Source: Dehalococcoidia bacterium
Lineage (GTDB): Bacteria > Chloroflexota > Dehalococcoidia > GIF9 > UBA5629
DNA: 64,000 nt
Assembly (NCBI GenBank): GCA_003142375.1
Contig: PLME01000005.1
Location: forward strand, 114,582 to 178,581
Direction: 5' to 3'
Part shown: positions 47,001 to 54,903 of the stretch, piece after piece
How the letters are laid out: each line of letters begins with the position of its first letter
Position numbering within the stretch: the first letter of the stretch is position 1
The notes under the pieces: generated by a model
The model's database searches: none
What the model saw: only the letters and a program-made list of their open reading frames with translations
Told to the model about the DNA's origin: nothing
Program-made: the position numbers and the translations under genes

Positions 47001-47251
47001 TTACACAGGGTGATACGTATTTATTATGCTAAAAGTAAGAATTTAAATATTATAAGGCCTGGCAGGTTGGAAGTCATATATTAACCAAGTTGACATTTGT
47101 GATAAAATTATGAGAGTATTAAGTAATTTGATGGTCGTATTGACAAATGATGTGGTCGGAATCTGTAGGAATATTGCCGATATGACCGCCTTCTATATTG
47201 ACATTCAGATTGTAGCGTTTGTTCCTCATACTTCCCCGTACAGGAGGCATC

Positions 47252-50200
47252 ATGCGGATTAAATTCCCGGCTATTATAAGAGTGATCGCCAGTATGCTGG
47301 CGGTTGCCGCATTTATCATCCCTGCTCACATGGCTTTACCTGCAGATGTATCCGCTGACCCGGGCATCATGAGGTGGGATACGGTCATTACCCCGGGGTA
47401 TATGGAGAATAAGTGGGATATCGACAATCTGCATGGCGTAGGCGCCAACACCGGCCAGGGAAGCGAGATCCTCGACATAGCTGCCGGCAAAGACGGCAAA
47501 ACTGTGGTCGCTATCGTCAGGATGTGGTTTCCGCAGACCGATGGTCAGGTAGCTTCCCCTTCCCCGACCGGATTATATAAAAACATTATACTTATATCTA
47601 CTAATGGTGGCATAACCTTTTCAGACTCTCAATATCGATTTCAATTCCCCACTCCTGCAACAGCTCCCAATTTCTTCCAGGTTGAGATTGCCTCTGATAA
47701 TCCCAGGGTTGTGGTGCTGACCTCCTCGACCTACGGAGGAACTGGCGGCCCCAAAATGGTCTGGGAAACAGGTTGGGTGAGAGGCGATAGTCCCTGGACC
47801 ACCATCTTTAATGGCACCGGCCTGGAAGCTAGTGAAACCATCAGATGTGTGGATGTCTCCGCCGATTACGGAGGCTTTCGCGATATAGCTTTTGGTACCG
47901 TCAACGGCACCAGCGGCGGACGCTGGGCCACCATATCGACCAGGCCATTTGGCTCCATCCAGGTTCAGCTCAATGCCAATGGCACACCGGCCGTCGCCTT
48001 CGGCAGCCCCCCATTGCCCACTACCTCCGGCATCGACTACCACGCCGTTAAATTTTCACCAACTTACAATGGCGATGGTTCCGTGGCTCTGGTTTATGCC
48101 GATACCAGTGCTACCTACTATAATGTGGCTTTTCGTGACCTCAACCAGAACACCACTTTGAGCTATGCTTTCGGCTCGACCGGCATTGAGGTTAAGGACC
48201 CTGCTTCCGCCCCGGGCAGCTCGCCGAGCTGGTCGCAGCTGAACAAGACGGATTTGGAACTCCCCTCCGACTTCTCGGGCCAGTCCTCCTCGTTGCGCAG
48301 GGCCTATATAAGTCTGGATGCAAGCGGCAGCAAGAGCCCTACTTCACAGGATGGAATTTACAGGATCGACGATTCGACAACTTATGTTTTGATGGATACA
48401 TCTGCGACACCCGATAAGGCCATATACAACATCGCCTATTATGGCACTTACGCCTCGGGCAAGCTGCTGGCCGGCGAGCGCATGGGCCAGCCATGTACCG
48501 CTACCGTCCCCACCTGGTTCACGGATTCCCCGACTACCTGTCCCATCCCCTGCTGGTACCCTGCCCTCAAGTCCACCACCGGCGCCGGCAACCAGGGAAC
48601 ATGCAGCACCGGCTCCAAGAACGGCGTCGGCGCGGCCGTAGTCCACTGGAATGGTGACGGCTCGCTGGGCCTGGTAGCCACCGGCTCACTTCCCGATAAT
48701 GTAGTCCCAGGCCTTACCGGTTTCACCACCGGCAAAGGAATTGAGATACCCGGCACTCCGTATGTTGTAGTAGGGGGGAAAGGCAATTGGTGGGAGCTTC
48801 AGTTAACAGACCCCAAGGATAATGATGAATCGGCCTTCGCCATCTCCCGCAATAACGGCGAGACCTGGAACCAGTTGGCCATAATCGATACCACCATCGA
48901 CTGGTTTAACGATGTGGCCGTCGCCCCAGATTGCTCCACCATTTACCTGGCCTCCGCCAATGAGAACGTAGGCATAGGCTGCAACGAGTTCGATAGCGTA
49001 TGGCGCGCCACCCTTAATCCCAACGTCGCAGCGCCTCTTCCCGTGATCCCGCCGCTGGGCACCTACTGGGAGCGCGTATTGGCCCGTACGACTTCAGGCA
49101 ACTGCCTCGTCCCGCAGTCTGAACTTCCTATCCTGCGCGTGGTAGAATCCTGCACCGACAAGAAAGACGGTGAGATCGTAGGCTGGGCCGCACAGAACGC
49201 CAAAGCCACAGCCGCAGCCAATTCCGGCGGCGTGATGGCCTGGTCGCCCGACTTCGGCGACTACTGGGCCACCGTCACCCCCAGGTATCCCGTGCAGGAC
49301 TTCGTTTTTGAAACCAGCACCACGATGTACGTAGTCAGCGCAGACGGCGTTGTCCAGAGGCTGCCCTACACCGGCACCTCCTGGTCCACCAACCTGCCCA
49401 ACTATGACACCGAGCTGCTCTTCGCTCACACCATCGCAGCCGTTCCTGATGGTAAGGTCCTGGTCGGCGGCGCCAAACATTCACCTTATCCCGGCGCATA
49501 CTCGCTTGACAAGGCCGTCACCCTCAACGTAATGGCCGATCCTATACCCAACCATGGCAACGAACACATGATCTTTGACGTCGACTTCGCCAACAACCAG
49601 TTCTTCTACATGGCCGATGATGCTGCTGCAGCAACCGGCCTGGGCACCGTCTACCGCAACACCGTACCGTCACTCGGCAGGTGGGTAGACAACGACATGA
49701 TGAGCGCTGCCAACGGCAACGGCTATGTCTTCGCCCTTGAACCGCAACTCTGGTGGTCGGCAACCGGCATCAATAATCCTCCTCACATCATCGGCCAGTA
49801 CGGTATCGTGCAGGCATTCACGGGCGATCCTCAGCCTGCTCTTTACGTGGCCCATGACAACCTGACCCTTTACAACAGCAACGGTTATGCAGACAGCGCA
49901 GTTTGCCGCACACTCAGACCTCGCGATGGCATGCCCAAACCGGGCATCGCATGGGCTTGTCTCGATGTGTTCGCACCGCTGACTCAGAAAGGCGTGCTGT
50001 TCACACTCGAGCCGACCTCGCTCAAAGCCTGCGGCTGCTGCTCCCTTGACACCAACACCACCCTTTACGCCATCGACAACGAGTCAGGTGGACGCTGGAA
50101 TGGGCACTGGAGTTTTGATGGCGTCAATTACTTTGATCCTAACGTCTACGGCAAACTGGGCTATACTCCGATAGTTAACCAGGGCATGCTCTGGGCATAC

Positions 50201-51052
50201 ACCGACTGCCTGGCCAAGAAAGGCCCGGCACTCAAGAGCCCGGCTGACCAGTTCTTAGTCGGCGCTGACCCGGTCACCGGCCGCAACTCACAGATCGACC
50301 TCTCATGGGAACAGCTCTGTCTGACAGTCTGGTATCAACTCCAGATAGCCAAAGATAAGGACTTTACCCTGAGGGTCAACCCCTCGGTCAACTGGGGCAA
50401 CGGCTCCACCGGCGTCATCTCCTCAGTGACAGGCTCGTTGCTGATGAAGATGGACTCCACCAACAACACCAGCCCGGCTGCCTGGATTCCTCCTGGATCA
50501 TTGCCTGAAGCAGGCGCGATCTACTACTGGAGGATTCGCTCGGCTAAATCCGCTACCAGCCAGATTGCCAACAGCCCGTGGTCCGAGGTTCGCAGCTTCA
50601 CCGTCAAAGCAGGCTTCCAGACCATTAGCCCCTACTATGGCGTACAGCTGCTCAGCCCGGCCAACAGCGGCATCGGCATAGCGACCAAACCGACCCAGTT
50701 CTCCTGGAGCCCCTGGCAAAATGCCACCAAGTACGAGTTCGACCTGGCTAAGGATTCCGAGTTCAAGCAGATGGTTACCACCGCCAATACCACTACCACA
50801 GCTTACCAATACCCGAATGCCCTGGACTACAATGCCGTCTATTTCTGGCGTGTAAAGGCCCTCGAGGTCAACGGCCAGAACATCCCGAGTGATTGGTCGG
50901 CCACCTTCAGCTTTACGACAGAAAAGGTCCCGGTCATACCTCCGCCCCCCACCGAGCCTGCTATTCCCCTTTGGGTCTGGGTCGTTATGGCGCTGGGTAG
51001 CATTCTCGCCGTCGCCGCTCTCTTCTTGATCATGAGAACCAGACGCATTTAA
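47252..51052 (+). CDS. giant BNR/Asp-box-repeat cell-surface protein with C-terminal TM anchor
   Basis: Track ORF from TTG 47219. ATG at 47252 has AGGAGG 6 nt upstream. Signal peptide. Several S-x-[DN]-x-G-x-T-[WF] Asp-box-like repeats (STNGGITFS, SRNNGETWNQ). C-terminal Fn3-like modules (YYWRIRS, YFWRVKA). Terminal PPPPTEP-TM-RTRRI. Confidence 0.7.
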   Translation: MRIKFPAIIRVIASMLAVAAFIIPAHMALPADVSADPGIMRWDTVITPGYMENKWDIDNLHGVGANTGQGSEILDIAAGKDGKTVVAIVRMWFPQTDGQVASPSPTGLYKNIILISTNGGITFSDSQYRFQFPTPATAPNFFQVEIASDNPRVVVLTSSTYGGTGGPKMVWETGWVRGDSPWTTIFNGTGLEASETIRCVDVSADYGGFRDIAFGTVNGTSGGRWATISTRPFGSIQVQLNANGTPAVAFGSPPLPTTSGIDYHAVKFSPTYNGDGSVALVYADTSATYYNVAFRDLNQNTTLSYAFGSTGIEVKDPASAPGSSPSWSQLNKTDLELPSDFSGQSSSLRRAYISLDASGSKSPTSQDGIYRIDDSTTYVLMDTSATPDKAIYNIAYYGTYASGKLLAGERMGQPCTATVPTWFTDSPTTCPIPCWYPALKSTTGAGNQGTCSTGSKNGVGAAVVHWNGDGSLGLVATGSLPDNVVPGLTGFTTGKGIEIPGTPYVVVGGKGNWWELQLTDPKDNDESAFAISRNNGETWNQLAIIDTTIDWFNDVAVAPDCSTIYLASANENVGIGCNEFDSVWRATLNPNVAAPLPVIPPLGTYWERVLARTTSGNCLVPQSELPILRVVESCTDKKDGEIVGWAAQNAKATAAANSGGVMAWSPDFGDYWATVTPRYPVQDFVFETSTTMYVVSADGVVQRLPYTGTSWSTNLPNYDTELLFAHTIAAVPDGKVLVGGAKHSPYPGAYSLDKAVTLNVMADPIPNHGNEHMIFDVDFANNQFFYMADDAAAATGLGTVYRNTVPSLGRWVDNDMMSAANGNGYVFALEPQLWWSATGINNPPHIIGQYGIVQAFTGDPQPALYVAHDNLTLYNSNGYADSAVCRTLRPRDGMPKPGIAWACLDVFAPLTQKGVLFTLEPTSLKACGCCSLDTNTTLYAIDNESGGRWNGHWSFDGVNYFDPNVYGKLGYTPIVNQGMLWAYTDCLAKKGPALKSPADQFLVGADPVTGRNSQIDLSWEQLCLTVWYQLQIAKDKDFTLRVNPSVNWGNGSTGVISSVTGSLLMKMDSTNNTSPAAWIPPGSLPEAGAIYYWRIRSAKSATSQIANSPWSEVRSFTVKAGFQTISPYYGVQLLSPANSGIGIATKPTQFSWSPWQNATKYEFDLAKDSEFKQMVTTANTTTTAYQYPNALDYNAVYFWRVKALEVNGQNIPSDWSATFSFTTEKVPVIPPPPTEPAIPLWVWVVMALGSILAVAALFLIMRTRRI

Positions 51053-51353
51053 TTTGTTTTGGATTAGGTTTTGTTTTAGGTTTGTTTTGAAACCGGTTCG
51101 TTATTGATTCTTTTTTAAATAGGCTTTGTATTGGGCTTATTTTAAAAACCGATTCGTTTTTGATTCGTTTTTGATTCGTTTTAAATAGGCGTCGTAGCTG
51201 ATTTGTGCTGAAATAGATTTGTTTTAGGTTTGTTTTGAAACTGGTTCGTTTTTGATTCGTTTTAAATAGGCGTCGTAGCTGATTTATGCTGAAATAGATT
51301 TGTTTTAGGTTTGTTTTTTAGATACAAGTCATAGCTGATTTGTTTCTCGAAAT
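51053..51353. repeat. degenerate tandem repeats (about 3.5 units of 65-98 bp) in the 3' UTR of the giant protein gene
   Basis: The unit GATTTGTTTTAGGTTTGTTTTGAAACTGGTTCGTTTTTGATTCGTTTTAAATAGGCGTCGTAGCTGATTTGTGCTGAAATA recurs head-to-tail. It contains internal GATTCGTTTTT x3 sub-repeats. AT-rich and non-coding. Confidence 0.6.
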
Positions 51354-51388
51354 AAAAAAGGGGCGGGCCTCAGGCCCGCCCCTTTCTA
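51354..51388. terminator. bidirectional rho-independent terminator
   Basis: AAAAAA-GGGGCGGGCC-tca-GGCCCGCCCC-TTTCT. A perfect 10-bp GC stem. There is a T-tract on the plus strand and a longer one (TTTTTTATTT) when read on the minus strand. Confidence 0.6.
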
Positions 51389-51612
51389 TATGTCCTGGTT
51401 ATAGTGAATTACCGTCATTTATACTATAGATCGAATGGAAGCGCCGTAGTCTTCCAATCTATAATTGAGAATATGTAGAAATCATGGCGGCAATGCGGCG
51501 ACAGGGATGTTACGGGAGGTCAAGTTAACTCTTGGTTGGGAACAATACTTATACAGGCTATTAAGTCATGGTAAAATGGCTGTATTTCGCATTGTTGATA
51601 CAGACAAGTATG

Positions 51613-51846
51613 CTAATGATACGCTTCGTCATATTGTTTCTTAGCTTTAGCAAGTTCAACTTGGGCATCAAACCATTCTTTGGCTAGTCTATCTGTTTCC
51701 TGTGTTTCAATGGTATCTATCGGTTGTACTGGTGACCCAATATATCGTCTAGCCTCCATCTCTTCATATTTCTTGATTATCACCTCCCATCTTCTATAGC
51801 ACTCGTAGAAATTATTAGTTGCATATTCTTTTGATAACTTCTCCAT
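51613..51846 (-). CDS. hypothetical small protein (77 aa, charged/helical)
   Basis: Track ORF in the AT-rich segment at the island edge. No family recognised. Confidence 0.3.
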   Translation of the reverse strand: MEKLSKEYATNNFYECYRRWEVIIKKYEEMEARRYIGSPVQPIDTIETQETDRLAKEWFDAQVELAKAKKQYDEAYH

Positions 51847-52119
51847 TATGCCCGAAGACCTCCCAAACGATGATTTTAATAATTATACCAGCCTAGTCAA
51901 TCGTTTTAATGAAGCATACGTGTGTCGAAGGAATGGATCAATGATATCAATTAATAGAAAGCACAGGTGCGCAGAGAGTGAAAAGCCAAAGATCAGCAGC
52001 TAACATTACCTTGGAAAAACACACTGTGAAACAGCCAGCAGGCACGATGACGCTGTTTAATTTATACTTTTGGAGCATAAATATTATCCTTTAGGGCCTT
52101 CAATACCCCGAGAATTAAT

Positions 52120-52317
52120 GTGATACTGAATGAAATGGTAGGAGGTCTTTATATGGAGATAGAACACGCCGTGCACGTGAGCGAGTTACAAGCCATATTA
52201 GCTTGCGATCAGAGTGATGGATATCTTAAGAAATTGGCTAAAGACCGGCTTGAGTCAATTGAGCAGCAAGCCCAATCAGTAGCTAACCTAAAAAAGGTCC
52301 CTGCTCTGATAGCCTGA
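52120..52317 (+). CDS. hypothetical small protein (65 aa)
   Basis: Track ORF, AT-rich. No family recognised. Confidence 0.25.
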   Translation: MILNEMVGGLYMEIEHAVHVSELQAILACDQSDGYLKKLAKDRLESIEQQAQSVANLKKVPALIA

Positions 52318-52505
52318 CTTATTTCATTTCGGTTAGAGGCCCGCAGCAGATATGCATAATTCTGCAGCCTGCCTATTTTATTTACCAAATATTACAACAA
52401 ATAGCTGTTATATTGCCCATGATACCACCCGACCAGGCAAAAGCTTATATCAGGCTCTTAGAGGGCGTTTTGCACTATCCTAGCACTATCCTTAGATATT
52501 GAAGA

Positions 52506-52525
52506 CGCTGAGCTACAGGCGCATG
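52506..52525 (-). repeat. tRNA-Arg 5' fragment (20-bp exact direct repeat of 22021..22040); candidate att core
   Basis: CGCTGAGCTACAGGCGCATG is identical at both sites. It equals 3 nt of 5' flank plus nucleotides 1-17 of the tRNA-Arg gene. The flanking bases differ on both sides. Confidence 0.7.
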
Positions 52526-52557
52526 CAAACAAAACTGGTCGGGGAGAGGGAAAAAGG

Positions 52558-52635
52558 TGGGGTGAGTGGAGGGATTCGAACCCTCGATATCCAGGGCCAC
52601 AACCTGGCGCCTTAGGCCTCTGGGCCACACTCACC
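52558..52635 (-). tRNA. tRNA-His (anticodon GTG) with encoded G-1 and 3' CCA
   Basis: Minus-strand sequence G-GTGAGTG...CCAGG-TTGTGGC-CCTGG...GGGTTCGAATCCCTC-CACTCAC-C-CCA. The extra 5' G pairs with discriminator C73, a hallmark of tRNA-His. Anticodon loop TTGTGGC. Confidence 0.8.
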
Positions 52636-52728
52636 ATCCGATTACGGGTTGAAATTATACCACAGTTCCGCTCCCGTCCCTTACTACCGGCCCCTTATGC
52701 CTCTCCCTTATTTGCGATGAAAGATGGC

Positions 52729-53955
52729 CTACCTCACCAGCATATTGCCGCCCACGATAGAGAGGGCGTCGTTTGTCCCATCTTCTATAAGCCCTGCTCG
52801 GGCGTCACGGAATAATTTCTCTATGGGGAGCTCCTTGCTCAAGCCCAGCCCGCCGAAAATCTGCACGGCCTCGGTTGCTACCTTGTAAGCGGCGTTAGTG
52901 CAATAAACCTTGGTTGCGATGCCATGCTGCGGGGAAGGCGGGAATGTCTTGGTGTTATATACCATCACGCTACGGGAAAAAGCGCGGCAGGTCTCAACCG
53001 TGGAAAACATATCAAAGAGCCTGGCCTGAATCCAGGCGTGCTCACACAGCCTCCTGCCGCCCTGGACCCTGTCTTTGGTATATTGCACGGCCAGGTCGTA
53101 ACAGGCCTGCGCCAGGCCCGTGAAGAAGGCGCCCATGCCCATATTAGCGTGTGCCAGTGTAAACTCGCCGATAAGCTCATAGGCCGTCTGGTCCATGATC
53201 ATCTGGTCACCCGGACATACAACGTTATCGAAGAATATCTCGCCCTGCGGCAGCTCCCGCTGTCCCAGCTTGTCCAGTGGTTTGCCGCGGCTTACGCCCG
53301 GCTGATTGAGGTCAAGCATGCAGCTTCCTCCACCCGCCATGCCCATCTCCGGGACAAGGTTGACCGAGAGCATGATATTGGTGGCGACCGGCCCGTTGGA
53401 GACCCAGGCAGCTTTCTGGCCGTTGATTATCCAGTCCGAACCTTTTTTCACCGCTTTACACTGCTGCGTGATATTTTTATTATGATAAATATCGGTGCCC
53501 ATCATCAGGTTATCGGACCCGTGGTCGGGCTCGGTAGCTCCCCAGCAGCTCATTATGCTGGCGTCTTTGCAGTTAACGAAAGGGGTGTAAAACTTATCCA
53601 TTAATTTGGGGTTGCCCACCGTCTGGGCAACCGTGGCGCAGAAAAAGCTGACGCCAAGGGCGACGGCAAAGCCCACGCTTCCGTAGGCCAGCTCCTCCCA
53701 AAGGATATGAAGGGCCACCGGGTCCTGTGCCAGGCTGCCGGGATGTCCCAGCAGTGTGGCCGTATGATATCCGTTCTCATACATTTTGGCCATCGTCTGC
53801 CAGTAGAGGGAGCCCTTCTCAACTACCTTGTCGGGCGGCATCTTATCCAGCGCTAAAGCGGCCGGGCGCAGGATCTCAACTGCGAACTTATGCGCTTCAG
53901 CCTTAAGCTGGCGTTGCTGCTCAGTAAGGTTCACGTCTAAATCAAGATATGCCAT
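52729..53955 (-). CDS. acyl-CoA dehydrogenase family protein
   Basis: 408 aa with ACAD N-terminal helical, middle beta-barrel and C-terminal helical domains (GATEPDHGSD-like segment; C-terminal ...QIFGGLG...). Confidence 0.75.
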   Translation of the reverse strand: MAYLDLDVNLTEQQRQLKAEAHKFAVEILRPAALALDKMPPDKVVEKGSLYWQTMAKMYENGYHTATLLGHPGSLAQDPVALHILWEELAYGSVGFAVALGVSFFCATVAQTVGNPKLMDKFYTPFVNCKDASIMSCWGATEPDHGSDNLMMGTDIYHNKNITQQCKAVKKGSDWIINGQKAAWVSNGPVATNIMLSVNLVPEMGMAGGGSCMLDLNQPGVSRGKPLDKLGQRELPQGEIFFDNVVCPGDQMIMDQTAYELIGEFTLAHANMGMGAFFTGLAQACYDLAVQYTKDRVQGGRRLCEHAWIQARLFDMFSTVETCRAFSRSVMVYNTKTFPPSPQHGIATKVYCTNAAYKVATEAVQIFGGLGLSKELPIEKLFRDARAGLIEDGTNDALSIVGGNMLVR

Positions 53956-53976
53956 TTCAAGCTCCTTCAGTAGAAA

Positions 53977-54801
53977 TTATTTATTTACAGGGTATGGCAG
54001 CGGCAGAGTCTTCCATTGCGCAACAGGCTCACCTTTGTTCAGGCGTGAACGAAATGAGTCGGTTGTCTGAATGACGAATGGCTGAGTGTTATCCAGCCCC
54101 AGGTCCCTGAGGTTATCGGTCATCCTGTGTTTGGCCGGGCCTACCTTTATCTCGGCAGGCTTGTTCAAGTATGTTTTATATTTGACATCAACGTTCACCA
54201 CGGTTTTCAGAATCCAATCGTTCAAATTGGAATAAGTGACCAGGTCGAACCCGCGCGCCTTCATACTCCTTCCCTTTGAAAGGTCAGCTTTGACTGACAC
54301 TATAGGTTCCCCGGTAGCCGGGTCCAGGGCCCCGAACTCGAAGCCGGTTTCGCTGAATTTAAATGGGAGACTGGTGACGAACTTGGGATAGCCCCATATT
54401 TCGCGGCCTCCGGCACGCGCAATATCGGTAGTTACGGGAAGCTCCAGCACATAAGCGCTGATGCCTCCGCTTATCAGGGGAATGCCGAAAATCGTCATCA
54501 GACGCCACGTCTTATTTTTGGAGGATTGCGGCTGTGCCGTGATAGCCAGTCCCAGCTCCTCATAGGATGAAACACTGGTCCGGCGGTAATTGTAGAAGAC
54601 CAAGCTCACGATGGTTTTACCGTTTGAGAACCTGATAGGCTCCAACCCTGTACCCTCCAGCTTGGGCAGGGCCTTTTCATAATCCACCCAAAAATTTAGC
54701 TGTCGTACAGAGACGTCGAAGTATAGGATGGGCAATTCAAGTTCGCCTTGCGAGGTATTGGCGATCGTTTTGGGGACATCGAAGAAATCTTTACCGGCCA
54801 T
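53977..54801 (-). CDS. acetoacetate decarboxylase (ADC) family protein (paralog of 20929..21738)
   Basis: LELPVTTDIARAGGREIWGYPKFV aligns with the ADC ...GRE..YPK core, as in the paralog. Confidence 0.6.
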   Translation of the reverse strand: MAGKDFFDVPKTIANTSQGELELPILYFDVSVRQLNFWVDYEKALPKLEGTGLEPIRFSNGKTIVSLVFYNYRRTSVSSYEELGLAITAQPQSSKNKTWRLMTIFGIPLISGGISAYVLELPVTTDIARAGGREIWGYPKFVTSLPFKFSETGFEFGALDPATGEPIVSVKADLSKGRSMKARGFDLVTYSNLNDWILKTVVNVDVKYKTYLNKPAEIKVGPAKHRMTDNLRDLGLDNTQPFVIQTTDSFRSRLNKGEPVAQWKTLPLPYPVNK

Positions 54802-54903
54802 GGCCTCTTCCTCCCATAATTGCGAATATTTTTCAACAGTTTATCAGGCAAAACGGTTTAAGGAAAGAGTGTGTATTGACTGGAGGGTTTACCAGTCTGC
54901 CCT

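Noticed and set aside
51053-51353. Possible CRISPR array suggested by the repeated units
   Set aside because: The units are contiguous, degenerate and AT-rich, with no unique spacers of constant length. There are no cas genes in the window. It is a tandem minisatellite, not CRISPR.
22041-52505. Integrase or recombinase expected for a tRNA-integrated element
   Set aside because: Every ORF in the interval was inspected. None has tyrosine-recombinase (R..H..R..Y) or serine-recombinase features. Only the small excisionase-family HTH gene is present. The island is therefore called putative, and the integrase is reported as missing rather than invented.
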